A stretch of DNA of 64,000 nucleotides from Hyphomicrobiales bacterium. Its GTDB lineage: Bacteria > Pseudomonadota > Alphaproteobacteria > Rhizobiales > CAJQND01. This document shows positions 46,683-56,796 of the stretch, one piece after another. The notes below the pieces were generated by a model. That model saw only the letters and a list, made by a program, of their open reading frames with translations, was not told the DNA's origin and made no database searches. How positions within the stretch are numbered: the stretch's first letter is position 1; each line of letters begins with the position of its first letter. Made by a program: the position numbers and the translations under genes. The stretch covers positions 316,027-380,026 of the forward strand of contig CBDBFP010000003.1 in assembly GCA_965204985.1 (NCBI GenBank), read 5' to 3'.

Positions 46683-48401
46683 ATGAACAAACACCAACCG
46701 AGTTCAGATTTCACTCCAATTCGGCCGGGACGCGGCAGTGGTGGGAAGCGCAAACCTCGCGGATTCCCCAAGGGACGGCAGGTTCAACCCGCCGCTGTTG
46801 ATGAAATAAAGGTCCTGCTTGGCGATCGCGTTATTCAACGTGATCACCTGATCGAATATCTGCATCTCGTGCAAGACAAGTACGGCCACCTGTCGGCAGC
46901 TCACATGGCTGCGCTCGCCAGCCAAATGCGTATTCCCATGGCCGAAATCTACGAAGTCGCAACGTTCTACGACCATTTCGATGTGGTCAAAGAGGGCGAA
47001 GACGCCCCTGCTGAAGTGACCATCCGCGTCTGCGATTCTCTTTCTTGCGCTCTGGCGGGTTCAGAGGAACTGATCGCCGATCTGAAGGAAAAGGCCGGCA
47101 AGGATGTACGCGTGGTGCATGCCCCTTGTATCGGCCGATGCCATTGTGCGCCTGCCGCAGCGGTTGGCAAAAACTACATGGATCACGTGACGACCGACAG
47201 TCTCCTGGCAGCCGCCAGGGCACGCGAGGTCAGGCCAGTGATGGCGGATTACCAGAGCATTGGTGAGTATCAGGCCGAAGGTGGCTACAGGATGCTGGAA
47301 GCCTGCCGCTCTGGTGAAAACACACCAGACGGCGTGATCGAAACCCTGCTTGAAGCCGGCCTTCGCGGTCTCGGCGGCGCGGGATTCCCATCCGGACAAA
47401 AATGGAAGTTCGTCCGCATGGAAGCCGGCCCGCGCTACATGTGCATCAACGGCGATGAAGGCGAACCCGGCACATTCAAGGACCGTTACTACCTCGAAAC
47501 TCGCCCGCATCAGTTCCTCGAAGGCATGCTGATTGGTGCCTGGGCCGTGGAAGCCGAACGCGTCTACATCTACATGCGCGACGAATACCCAACCGTGCTG
47601 AAAATCCTCGCCGACGAAATCAAGGCCATCGAGCAAGCCGGCATTGTCGCGCCTGGATATGTTGAGCTCCGCCGCGGCGCCGGCGCCTATATCTGCGGCG
47701 AAGAGAGCGCGATGATCGAGAGCATCGAAGGCAAGCGCGGCCTGCCCAGGCACCGCCCGCCTTTTGTTGCCCAGGTCGGCGTCTTCAACCGCCCCACATT
47801 GGTGCACAACGTGGAGACGGTCTACTGGATGCCCCATATCCTGGAAAAGGGCGCCGAATGGTTCGCCTCTCAAGGCAAGGAAGGGCACAAGGGTGCCCGC
47901 TCTTACTCCGTCTCTGGTCGTGTGAAGAAGCCCGGCGTGGTGCTGGCGCCCGCTGGTGTCACAGTGAACGAGCTGATCAACGACTATTGCGGTGGCATGC
48001 TCGATGGCCATACCTTCAAGGGCTACCTGCCAGGCGGTGCCTCCGGCGGTATCCTGCCGGCGGCGCACGGCGATGTCCCCCTGGACTTCGGCGGTCCCCT
48101 GGCTGAACTCGGGTGCTTTGTCGGTTCCCACGCCGTGGTTGTGATGTCAGACAAGGACGACATGCGCGATGCGGCCCTGAACCTGCTGCACTTCTTCGAA
48201 GACGAAAGCTGCGGCCAGTGCACGCCTTGCCGTGTAGGTTGCGAAAAAGCCACCAAAATCATGAAGGGTGGCGACTGGGATCAGGATCTGCTGACAGAAC
48301 TTTCAGGCGCCATGATGGATGCCTCAATCTGCGGCCTCGGCCAGGCAGCGCCTAACCCCATTCTCACCGTGATGAAGTACTTCCCAGAGGAGTTCAAATA
48401 A
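46683..48401 (+). CDS. fdsB: NAD-dependent formate dehydrogenase diaphorase subunit (NuoE-like plus NuoF-like fusion)
   Basis: An N-terminal NuoE-like 2Fe-2S region (CDSLSC...CIGRCHCAP), a NuoF-like FMN/NADH site (GLRGLGGAGFPSGQKW), and a 4Fe-4S motif ESCGQCTPCR. Confidence 0.75.
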   Translation: MNKHQPSSDFTPIRPGRGSGGKRKPRGFPKGRQVQPAAVDEIKVLLGDRVIQRDHLIEYLHLVQDKYGHLSAAHMAALASQMRIPMAEIYEVATFYDHFDVVKEGEDAPAEVTIRVCDSLSCALAGSEELIADLKEKAGKDVRVVHAPCIGRCHCAPAAAVGKNYMDHVTTDSLLAAARAREVRPVMADYQSIGEYQAEGGYRMLEACRSGENTPDGVIETLLEAGLRGLGGAGFPSGQKWKFVRMEAGPRYMCINGDEGEPGTFKDRYYLETRPHQFLEGMLIGAWAVEAERVYIYMRDEYPTVLKILADEIKAIEQAGIVAPGYVELRRGAGAYICGEESAMIESIEGKRGLPRHRPPFVAQVGVFNRPTLVHNVETVYWMPHILEKGAEWFASQGKEGHKGARSYSVSGRVKKPGVVLAPAGVTVNELINDYCGGMLDGHTFKGYLPGGASGGILPAAHGDVPLDFGGPLAELGCFVGSHAVVVMSDKDDMRDAALNLLHFFEDESCGQCTPCRVGCEKATKIMKGGDWDQDLLTELSGAMMDASICGLGQAAPNPILTVMKYFPEEFK

Positions 48402-51181
48402 TGTCTGACAAGATCACCTTCTCCCTGGACGGAAATGACGTCATTGCCAAACCCGGCGAAACCATCTGGCAAGCTGCCAAACGGGTTGGCACCGACATCC
48501 CTCACCTCTGCTGGAAAGACGCCACAGGTTACCGGGCCGATGGCAATTGCCGCGCCTGCATGGTCGAGATCGATGGCGAGCGGACACTGGCTGCCTCCTG
48601 CATCAGAACGCCCTCCAAAGGCATGGTGGTTAAGTCCGAATCCGAGCGCGCCAAGAAATCTCGAGACATGGTCTTCGAGCTCCTGCTGGCGGACCAACCG
48701 GCACAGGAAGATGCCCATGATAGCGTGTCTTCCTTCTGGAAATGGGCAGACGCCATGGGTGCTGACACAAGCCGGTTCCCCCAGAAGCCCCCCCCCGCCC
48801 CGGACTCATCACACCCTGCCATGCGCGTTAATCTGGATGCCTGCATCCACTGCAATCTCTGCGTCCGCGCCTGCCGCGAAGTGCAAGTGAATGACGTCAT
48901 CGCCATGGCTGGCCGCGGATCGGATGAAAAGATCGTCTTCGACTTTGATGATCCAATGGGTCAATCCACCTGCGTCGCCTGCGGCGAATGTGTGCAGGCC
49001 TGCCCGACCGGGGCATTGATGCCCGCTTCCATCGTCGATGAAGAGGGCCGCGGTGCCCGCACCTCGGATGACGAAGTGCACTCCGTCTGCCCCTATTGCG
49101 GTGTCGGCTGCCAGATCACATACAAACTCCGCGACGGCGAAATCGCCTGGGTTGAGGGTCGTGGCGGACCGGCCAACGAAAACCGCCTGTGCGTAAAAGG
49201 CCGCTTCGGTTTCGACTATGTTTCCTCCCCAGAACGGCTTATCAAGCCTCTGATCCGCAAGGAAAGCGTCGCCAAAAGCATCCATCCGGATATGGACCCG
49301 ACCAAGCCGCTGGAAAACTTCCGCGAAGCCACCTGGGAAGAAGCGCTAGCGCTTGCAGCTCAAGGTTTCAGCAGCATCCGTGATGGCGATGGCAAAGGCA
49401 AAGGCCGCAAGGCGCTCGCCGGATTCGGCTCCGCCAAGTGCTCCAACGAGGAAGCCTATATCTTCCAGAAGCTGGTCCGCACCGGTTTCGGCTCGAACAA
49501 TGTGGACCACTGCACCCGCCTCTGCCATGCCTCTTCCGTGGCCGCACTCATGGAAACAATCGGCTCGGGCGCTGTTACAGCCCCATTCACAGCGGTGCGC
49601 GACAGTGACGTCATCATCGTCATCGGTGCCAACCCGACTGGCAACCACCCGGTCGCAGCGACCTATTTCAAGCAGGCCGCAAAGCGGGGCGCCAAGCTGA
49701 TTCTCATGGATCCGCGCGGCCACGAGCTGTCCAAGCACGCCACCCACATGCTGCAGTTCAAGCCAGGAGGCGATGTCTCCATGCTCAATGCCATGATGCA
49801 TGTGATCGTGGAAGAAGAACTCTACGACAAGCAATACATCCAGGCCCACACTGACGGCTTCGAAAAACTCAAAGCACACCTCAAGAACTTCCCACCGGAG
49901 AAAATGTCCGAAATCTGCGGCATCAAACCGGATGTGCTCCGCGACGTTGCCAGAACCTATGCCCGGGCAGAAGCCGCCATCATTTTCTGGGGCATGGGCG
50001 TCTCGCAACACGTGCACGGCACCGACAATGCGCGCTGCCTTATTTCGCTCGCCCTGATGTGTGGCCAGACGGGCCGTAAAGGCACCGGCCTGCATCCGCT
50101 GCGTGGCCAGAACAACGTTCAAGGCGCATCGGACGCCGGCCTCATCCCGATGGTTTTCCCCGACTACGCCAAAGTTATCGAGGAAGACAAACTCAACAAG
50201 TTTGAGGAACTCTGGGACGCCAAACTTGATCCCAATCCGGGGCTCACTGTCGTTGAGATCATGGATGCCGTGCACGACGGCGACATCACCGGCATGTACG
50301 TGCTGGGCGAGAACCCGGCCATGTCCGATCCCGACGCGGGTCACGCCCGTGAGGCATTGGCCAAACTGGACCATCTCGTCGTCCAGGACATCTTCCTCAC
50401 CGAGACAGCCATGTTTGCCGATGTGATCCTGCCGGCAACGGCCTGGCCGGAAAAGAATGGTACTGTCTCCAACACCAACCGCACGGTGCAGATGGGTCGG
50501 AAAGCCATCAATGCACCTGGCGAGGCTCAGGCCGATTGGTGGATCACACAGGAGCTGGCAAACCGCATTGGCCTTAACTGGAATTATGAGGGCCCGCACG
50601 ACATCTTCGCCGAAATGAAAGAGGCCATGCCGTCTCTCGACAACATCAGCTGGGATCGGTTGATGACTGAAAGCGCAGTGACCTATCCGTGCCTTGGCCC
50701 CGATCAACCTGGCGAAGACATCGTCTTCTCCGACCGTTTCCCAACCAACGATGGCACCGGCAAATTCGTTCCTGCGGATGTCATTCCTCCGGATGAGCAG
50801 CCCGACGCAGATTACCCGTTCGTGCTCACCACAGGCCGCCAGCTTGAACACTGGCACACCGGCTCAATGACCCGCCGGGCTTCCAAACTTGACGCCATCG
50901 AACCTGCACCAACAGCTCAGATGAATATTGGGGATATGCAAAAGTTCGGGCTCAAGGCAGGTGACACGGTGCGGATTGAAACCCGGCGCGGTATGGTCGA
51001 GTTGGCCGCCCGCCCAACTGGCGGCATTCCGGAAGGCGTTGTGTTCTTGCCTTTCGTCTATGTAGAAGCAGCTGCAAATCTGCTTACGAACCCGGCCCTA
51101 GATCCGTTTGGCAAGATCCCTGAGTTCAAGTTCTGCGCAGCGCGTGTAGAACCGGTTCGGGTAACGGAGGCTGCAGAGTAG
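48401..51181 (+). CDS. fdsA: Formate dehydrogenase catalytic (molybdopterin) subunit, Cys-type
   Basis: N-terminal 2Fe-2S and 4Fe-4S Cys clusters and a molybdopterin oxidoreductase domain. The active-site region is HCTRLCHAS, with Cys and no in-frame TGA. Confidence 0.8.
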   Translation: MSDKITFSLDGNDVIAKPGETIWQAAKRVGTDIPHLCWKDATGYRADGNCRACMVEIDGERTLAASCIRTPSKGMVVKSESERAKKSRDMVFELLLADQPAQEDAHDSVSSFWKWADAMGADTSRFPQKPPPAPDSSHPAMRVNLDACIHCNLCVRACREVQVNDVIAMAGRGSDEKIVFDFDDPMGQSTCVACGECVQACPTGALMPASIVDEEGRGARTSDDEVHSVCPYCGVGCQITYKLRDGEIAWVEGRGGPANENRLCVKGRFGFDYVSSPERLIKPLIRKESVAKSIHPDMDPTKPLENFREATWEEALALAAQGFSSIRDGDGKGKGRKALAGFGSAKCSNEEAYIFQKLVRTGFGSNNVDHCTRLCHASSVAALMETIGSGAVTAPFTAVRDSDVIIVIGANPTGNHPVAATYFKQAAKRGAKLILMDPRGHELSKHATHMLQFKPGGDVSMLNAMMHVIVEEELYDKQYIQAHTDGFEKLKAHLKNFPPEKMSEICGIKPDVLRDVARTYARAEAAIIFWGMGVSQHVHGTDNARCLISLALMCGQTGRKGTGLHPLRGQNNVQGASDAGLIPMVFPDYAKVIEEDKLNKFEELWDAKLDPNPGLTVVEIMDAVHDGDITGMYVLGENPAMSDPDAGHAREALAKLDHLVVQDIFLTETAMFADVILPATAWPEKNGTVSNTNRTVQMGRKAINAPGEAQADWWITQELANRIGLNWNYEGPHDIFAEMKEAMPSLDNISWDRLMTESAVTYPCLGPDQPGEDIVFSDRFPTNDGTGKFVPADVIPPDEQPDADYPFVLTTGRQLEHWHTGSMTRRASKLDAIEPAPTAQMNIGDMQKFGLKAGDTVRIETRRGMVELAARPTGGIPEGVVFLPFVYVEAAANLLTNPALDPFGKIPEFKFCAARVEPVRVTEAAE

Positions 51182-51239
51182 GGACAGGCTCTGCAAACGG
51201 CATGCTTGAAATCGCGCTGATCTCGTTCACAATGTTTTT

Positions 51240-51830
51240 TTGCGACCATCGGACCCCTATGTGGCCGCGTTGTTTGCTGTACTCACGGCTGAGAATACAG
51301 CGAAAGAACGTCGTTCAATCGCTGTCAAAGGCGCGCTGATCGGGTCCGCAATCCTGCTGTTTTTTGCCTTCTTCGGAGAACGTGCGCTTGGCCTGTTCGG
51401 GATTTCTCTTGCAGCCCTGCGCACCGCTGGCGGCATCCTCCTGTTCCTCATTGCGATAGACATGGTCTTTGCCCGCCAATCCGGCAGCACCACGACAACC
51501 GGCGAAGAAAACAAGGAAGCTGAAAACAAAAACGACATCGCGGTTTTCCCGCTGGCCACACCTCTAATCGCCGGTCCCGGTGCCATTGGAGCGGCTATCC
51601 TGCTCATGGCCAACCAGGAGGGAGACCCAACCGGATCCGTGGTAGTCGTAGGCGCGATGCTGAGCGTCATTCTGCTTGCTTTTGTACTGATGTTACTTGC
51701 GGGTCAGGTGCAAAAGGTCCTTGGCGTTACAAGTTTGCGCGTGATCTCAAGCGTCGTTGGCGTGATCCTGGCTGCCCTTGCCGTTCAGTTCGTATTTAAC
51801 GGCATCAAGGCGAGCAGACTGCTGACTTAA
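51240..51830 (+). CDS. MarC-family (UPF0056) membrane protein; the N-terminus is possibly disrupted at a T7 tract
   Basis: DPYVAALFAVLT and FPLATPLIAGPGAIG are MarC-like. An upstream ATG at 51202 encodes a hydrophobic MLEIALISFTMFF in another frame. Confidence 0.6.
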   Translation: MRPSDPYVAALFAVLTAENTAKERRSIAVKGALIGSAILLFFAFFGERALGLFGISLAALRTAGGILLFLIAIDMVFARQSGSTTTTGEENKEAENKNDIAVFPLATPLIAGPGAIGAAILLMANQEGDPTGSVVVVGAMLSVILLAFVLMLLAGQVQKVLGVTSLRVISSVVGVILAALAVQFVFNGIKASRLLT

Positions 51831-51990
51831 CCTTCTAGACATTTACCATGCGTGCGCAAGCTCTTGACCTGACCGCGGCAATCGCGTTCATTGCGGGCCA
51901 TGAAAACCACCGAGGTAGTTTTGGGATGCCCAACACCGGGTGGGGTAGAGTTAATCTCTCAAAACGAGAGGCAAACAGGGAGTAGAACCT

Positions 51991-53187
51991 TTGCGTAAAT
52001 TCACCAAAATTCTGACTGGCGCCATGGCAGCTGCACTGCTTAGCACCACGGCGGCTGTAGCTGCGGACAAAGTCAAGGTCGGTGTCATCACAACCCTTGT
52101 GAAAGGCCCGGTCATCCTGGGCAAGGAGCAGATGAACGGCTTCAATCTGGCCCTGAAACATCTGGACAACAAACTTGGTGGCCTGCCCGTCGAGCTGCAT
52201 GTTGAAGACGACAGTGTGAACCCTGCCGTTGGCAAGCAAGCCGCTGACAAATTGGTCAAACAGCACGATGTGGATGTGGTCACCGGCGTGATCTGGAGCC
52301 ACGTGCTGCTCGCAACCCAGAAAACCATTCTGGACGCAGACAAGTTCCTTATCAGTGCCAATGCAGGCCACTCAAAGATGGCTGGCGTGTTGTGCCACAA
52401 GAACTTCTTCAATGCTTCCTGGCAGAACGACACCGTGCCGATGGCATTGGGTGAAGTGCTGAACGCAGAAGGCATTAGATCAATCTACATCATGGCGCCA
52501 AACTATGCGGCCGGTAAGGACATGGCTGCAGGCGTATCCCGCACCTTCAAAGGCGAAGTCAAAGGCAAGGACCTGACCAAGTGGGGCAAAGACGCCCAGC
52601 TGGACTTCCAGGCCGAGCTCGCCAAAGCCAAAGCCTCTGGCGCAGAAGCCATGTTCGTCTTCTATCCAGGCAAGGCTGGTGGCGCATTCGTCAAGCAGTT
52701 TGGTCAGGCTGGCCTTAACGACAGCATGAAGCTCTTCACCGTATTCACAGTGGACGGCATTTCCTTGCCGAAGTTCCAGGCTGCGAACATGGAAAGCGTG
52801 ATCGGGTCCATCGACACCATGCACTGGAATGTTGACTTCGATAACGCGCAAAACAAGCGCTTCGTTGCTGACTTCCGCAAGGAGCATGGCCGCTACCCAA
52901 GCTTCTACGCAGCTCAGGCCTATGACGCCATGTTCATGATCGACGGCGCCGTGAAGGCTGTTGACGGCAAGATCGAAGACAAGGATGCTTTCCGGGCAGC
53001 CCTTAAATCGGCCAACTATCCTTCGGTTCGCGGTTCGTACAAATACGGCAACAACCACTTCCCGATCCAGAACTTCGTTCTGCGTCAGGTCGTGAAGGGT
53101 GACGACGGCGCCTGGGTCCACAAGACCAAGCAGGTTGTCCTGAAAGACTTCGTCGATCCGCATGCCGAAAAGTGCAAAATGAAATAA
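51991..53187 (+). CDS. ABC transporter substrate-binding protein (LivK family)
   Basis: Signal peptide plus ADKVKVGVITTL. Matching permease and ATPase genes lie 3.6 kb downstream. Confidence 0.8.
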   Translation: MRKFTKILTGAMAAALLSTTAAVAADKVKVGVITTLVKGPVILGKEQMNGFNLALKHLDNKLGGLPVELHVEDDSVNPAVGKQAADKLVKQHDVDVVTGVIWSHVLLATQKTILDADKFLISANAGHSKMAGVLCHKNFFNASWQNDTVPMALGEVLNAEGIRSIYIMAPNYAAGKDMAAGVSRTFKGEVKGKDLTKWGKDAQLDFQAELAKAKASGAEAMFVFYPGKAGGAFVKQFGQAGLNDSMKLFTVFTVDGISLPKFQAANMESVIGSIDTMHWNVDFDNAQNKRFVADFRKEHGRYPSFYAAQAYDAMFMIDGAVKAVDGKIEDKDAFRAALKSANYPSVRGSYKYGNNHFPIQNFVLRQVVKGDDGAWVHKTKQVVLKDFVDPHAEKCKMK

Positions 53188-53208
53188 ACCACACCGTGGT
53201 TTTCTAAC

Positions 53209-53240
53209 GAACGGGCGGGACATAAAACTCCCGCCCGTTC
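53209..53240 (+). terminator. Hairpin after the binding-protein gene
   Basis: gaacgggcggga-cataaaac-tcccgcccgttc forms a perfect 12-bp stem and is followed by a T-containing tail. Confidence 0.5.
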
Positions 53241-53258
53241 TGTCTCTGGAGGTGCGAA

Positions 53259-54515
53259 ATGAAGATTCTGATAGCCGGCGGCGGCATTGGCGGATTGGCA
53301 ACAGCTCTCAGCCTGCATCAGAAGGGAATTGATTGCGAGATTTTCGAGAGATCCTCCGAGATTCGCGAACTCGGTGTCGGCATAAACACTCTCCCCCATG
53401 CCATCAAGGAACTGGCAGATCTTGATTTGTTCGAGGAGCTGGACCGGGTTGGAATCCGCACTTACGAGCTGATCTATCAAAACCGCCTCGGCCAGAAAAT
53501 CTGTCGGGATTTGCGCGGATTGCATGCCGGCTTCGATTACCCCCAGCTTTCAATCCATCGCGGCAAACTGCAAGGCGTTCTGCATGAAGCTACAACTGAA
53601 CGGCTGGGAACCGGCAAAATTCATACTGGCCATGAACTGGTAGATTTTGACCAGGACGAGGGCGGGGTCACCGTCCGCTTTGCTTTGCGTGACAGGAGCA
53701 GCGAGACCGTGGAACGTCGGGGCGATGCCCTGATCGCAGCTGATGGTATTCATTCGATTGTCCGCGCGAAGTTCTATCCGGACGAAGGGCCGCCAGCCTG
53801 GAACGGCATCATGCTCTGGCGCGGCGCTACAGAGTGGCCGCCATTCCTAACCGGCGAGAGCATGGTGATTTCCGGCGGCATGGATGCCAAGCTCGTACTC
53901 TATCCCATTTCCCGTGACACAGAGGACCCGGAAAAGGTCCTGATGAACTGGGCAGTCGCCGCGAAGATTGGTGATGCCAATTCTGAACCACCCAGACGCG
54001 AAGACTGGAGCCGGGAAGGCAAGTTGGAAGAACTGCTCCCATTCGTTGAGGACAAGTTCTCCCTGGATGTGCTTGACCCCGTGGCATTGATAAGGGGCAC
54101 CGGAACCTTCTATGAATATCCCATGTGCGACCGCGATCCTGTGCCGCAATGGTCCCATGACAGGGTCACGCTACTGGGCGACTCCGCGCACCCGATGTAC
54201 CCAGTTGGGTCCAACGGTGCCTCACAAGCCGTTCTGGACGCCAGGTGTCTCGCAGAAAAACTAGCCGGATCTGACGACGTCGCCTCCGCTCTTAAGGCCT
54301 ACGAGGACGATCGTCTCGAAACCACATCCGAGATCGTCCGCACAAATCGCTCAGGCGGCCCGGAGCGAGTCATCGATTTAGTCAATGCCCGGGCTCCAAA
54401 CGGTTTCGACAACCTGCACGACATCGTGACCCAAGAGGAACTTGAAGGTGTGGTTAAAGGGTATTCCCAGCTGGCTGGTTTTTCGACCGAAAAGGTCAAT
54501 CAGCCTGGCCGCTAG
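53259..54515 (+). CDS. FAD-dependent aromatic-type monooxygenase (salicylate/3-hydroxybenzoate hydroxylase-like)
   Basis: ILIAGGGIGGLA dinucleotide fold, DALIAADGIHS, and LLGDSAHPMYPVGSNGASQA. Confidence 0.75.
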   Translation: MKILIAGGGIGGLATALSLHQKGIDCEIFERSSEIRELGVGINTLPHAIKELADLDLFEELDRVGIRTYELIYQNRLGQKICRDLRGLHAGFDYPQLSIHRGKLQGVLHEATTERLGTGKIHTGHELVDFDQDEGGVTVRFALRDRSSETVERRGDALIAADGIHSIVRAKFYPDEGPPAWNGIMLWRGATEWPPFLTGESMVISGGMDAKLVLYPISRDTEDPEKVLMNWAVAAKIGDANSEPPRREDWSREGKLEELLPFVEDKFSLDVLDPVALIRGTGTFYEYPMCDRDPVPQWSHDRVTLLGDSAHPMYPVGSNGASQAVLDARCLAEKLAGSDDVASALKAYEDDRLETTSEIVRTNRSGGPERVIDLVNARAPNGFDNLHDIVTQEELEGVVKGYSQLAGFSTEKVNQPGR

Positions 54516-54517
54516 GT

Positions 54518-54967
54518 TCAGCCTTCCTCCGGTGGTGGCAGGAAGTGCACATTATGCTCACCCGCAAGCCGAACCACTTCGCCAGGATCAGCCACATTTG
54601 TGATTTTCTGAAACAGATCCCAGAGCTTCTGGGTCGGTGAGACCCAGAATACGCACTCCACATCCGCATCAGACTTGTTGAAAATGCCGTGCGGAAGGCC
54701 GCGCGGAAGGCGAATCAGATCCCCGGAAGTCGCCGTGGCATCTGCGCCATCCAGGAACAGGTCAAACTTGCCATTCAGCATGTAGATGAATTCATCCTGA
54801 TCAGGGTGGATGTGCGGTGGGACAAAAGTTCCCGGAGGAAACGTGGCGTGCCACGAGAATGAGCTTTCGGTGATCTGTTTGGGCACATAGGTCTGGCCCA
54901 GAATGTTCCAGGTAATACCCTCAATGCCTTCACCTGATGGGGTCACGCCCGCTGTCATCGCTTCCAT
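54518..54967 (-). CDS. Cupin-domain protein
   Basis: Cupin motifs PPHIHPDQDEFIYM and GLPHG. A ggagg SD lies 6 nt upstream of the ATG at 54967. Confidence 0.7.
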   Translation of the reverse strand: MEAMTAGVTPSGEGIEGITWNILGQTYVPKQITESSFSWHATFPPGTFVPPHIHPDQDEFIYMLNGKFDLFLDGADATATSGDLIRLPRGLPHGIFNKSDADVECVFWVSPTQKLWDLFQKITNVADPGEVVRLAGEHNVHFLPPPEEG

Positions 54968-55044
54968 GGATTTCCTCCGCTTTGATTGTCCGTTGCCGCA
55001 TCTTCGCAACTGCCAGCGGTGCATGCAAGCACTCAAACCCCAAA

Positions 55045-55470
55045 TTATGTGCCCAAGGCGGTTCGCAATTCATCTGGAATGGGGATAGCAGCAATTCCGC
55101 TCAATTCTGCAGGATCGTTGACAAAACACCCTCGCACTTCAAAACCGCTGCAAACTTCGGTCTCGCCCGAGTGTATGTGATGCTCGACTGTGAATGTGCG
55201 ATTCGACATGGCCGAAAGCCAGCTCGTAATTTCAAGCTGATCGCCATAACGCGCCGGATACTTGAAGGTCGCCCCGGTATCAATCAAACCGCAGCCAATT
55301 ATCTTGAACTTGGTCCGCAGTCTCAGATGGCCCATCCCGCATTCATCCAGAATATGGTGCGTAGCTTCATCAAACCACTGGTAAAAGTTCGGATAGAAGA
55401 CAATTCCCGCTGGATCGCAATGCCCCCATCCAACATCAACTGTATGAACCGTGCTTTTGGGATTGGCCAC
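55045..55470 (-). CDS. 4HBT/YbgC-type acyl-CoA thioesterase
   Basis: A 141-aa protein in which VGWGHCDPAGIVFYPNFYQWFDE is typical of hotdog-fold thioesterases. Confidence 0.7.
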   Translation of the reverse strand: MANPKSTVHTVDVGWGHCDPAGIVFYPNFYQWFDEATHHILDECGMGHLRLRTKFKIIGCGLIDTGATFKYPARYGDQLEITSWLSAMSNRTFTVEHHIHSGETEVCSGFEVRGCFVNDPAELSGIAAIPIPDELRTALGT

Positions 55471-55551
55471 GCTTCTTCCTCCCGCTAGGTTTGACCATCC
55501 GGCATATGCCGGAATTGCAAGTGCCTGTCGAGGAGTCGAGGGTTTGACAAA

Positions 55552-56679
55552 GTGAAAATCGCAATTGCCGGTGCTGGTCCAGCAGGCCTCTACTTTGCCT
55601 ACCTCACCAAAAAGGCAAATCCGGACTATGAAATCCTAGTCCTGGAACAAAACTCCAGAGGCACAACGTACGGTTTTGGCGTTGTGTTTTCCGACACTGC
55701 TCTGACTCATCTCGAAGACGCAGATGATATGTTTTATGCTGCTTTGAGCGACAAGTCGGAACATTGGACCGATTTAACGATCATCCACGAAAATATTGCA
55801 GTTCCGATAGATGGCAATGGATTTTCAGCCATATCCCGGCTGGAGTTGTTTAGGATTCTCGAAGATCTTTGCGCCACGACCGGTCTGGAAACCCGCTATG
55901 GGAACCGGTTGGAATCACTTGCAGAACTCGGCAGCTTCGATCTCATCGTGGGTGCCGATGGGGTGAATTCCAGCATTCGAAACCTTCTGACCGACGGTTT
56001 CAAACCGAAAGCCCACGAGCTCACGAACCGCTTCATCTGGTATGGCACCGGGCAACCTTTTGACACGCTCAGTCTGACATTTCGCCGGCACAAAACCGGA
56101 AACTATGTTGCCCACCACTATCGCTACGCGCCGGACAAGAGCACATTCATCGTGGAGTGTGACGAAACAACCTTCGCCAATGTCGGCTTTGAGCAAATGG
56201 ATGACGCCGCTTCACGGCAACTGTGTGAGGAAATTTTTGCACCGGATCTAAATGGTCATCCACTGGTTTCAAACAATTCGAGCTGGCGCCGCTTCCCGGT
56301 TATAGGCAATCAAAATTGGTCCACAGGAAACGTGGTCCTCATAGGTGATGCCTTGCGCTCGATCCATTTCTCCATTGGATCAGGCACCAGGCTCGCGATG
56401 GAAGATGCGGTCGCTCTCTTTCAGTCAATGCAGCGACACCCTGCCGACATTCCAGCAGCACTTTCAGCATTCGTTGAAGTGAGAAAACCTCAGGTGGAAA
56501 AATTGCTTGCCGGCGCCCGGGGCTCATATGAATGGTATGAGCAATTCGCCAGCAAAATGCACCTTTCTCCCTTGGATCTTGCCCATGATTACATGACCCG
56601 TTCCGGGCGGATGAGCAATGAGCGCCTAGCGAAAATAGCACCCGACTTCACAAAGCGCTGGCAAGATGCACAAAGCTGA
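55552..56679 (+). CDS. FAD-dependent monooxygenase (resembles the N-terminal domain of aryl-CoA monooxygenases)
   Basis: GTG start; KIAIAGAGPAGLYFA, VGADGVNS, and LIGDALRSIHFSIGSGTRLAMEDA. Confidence 0.7.
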   Translation: MKIAIAGAGPAGLYFAYLTKKANPDYEILVLEQNSRGTTYGFGVVFSDTALTHLEDADDMFYAALSDKSEHWTDLTIIHENIAVPIDGNGFSAISRLELFRILEDLCATTGLETRYGNRLESLAELGSFDLIVGADGVNSSIRNLLTDGFKPKAHELTNRFIWYGTGQPFDTLSLTFRRHKTGNYVAHHYRYAPDKSTFIVECDETTFANVGFEQMDDAASRQLCEEIFAPDLNGHPLVSNNSSWRRFPVIGNQNWSTGNVVLIGDALRSIHFSIGSGTRLAMEDAVALFQSMQRHPADIPAALSAFVEVRKPQVEKLLAGARGSYEWYEQFASKMHLSPLDLAHDYMTRSGRMSNERLAKIAPDFTKRWQDAQS

Positions 56680-56796
56680 ATTCGGCCTGTTCTCAGTCCG
56701 GCTATTACGTGCTAAATCCTCTGCTCAATCGAGGGAGCGGCGCGGGTGAACCCGCTTAATCTGACAAGTATGTGGGCGTAGGGGTGTCTGACGGGC

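Noticed and set aside
47061-50857. Long minus-strand ORFs (47061-48131 and 49346-50857) inside the formate dehydrogenase genes
   Set aside because: They are antisense to plus-strand ORFs with unmistakable NuoF-like and molybdopterin motifs, and they have no recognisable motifs of their own. The same applies to 15020-15961, 12347-13372, 52480-53301 and 62945-63682, which lie opposite the binding-protein, betC, second binding-protein and betA genes.
48401-51181. A selenocysteine-type formate dehydrogenase (in-frame TGA)
   Set aside because: The ORF is uninterrupted, and the active-site region reads HCTRLCHAS with Cys. No recoded TGA or SECIS-like context is needed.
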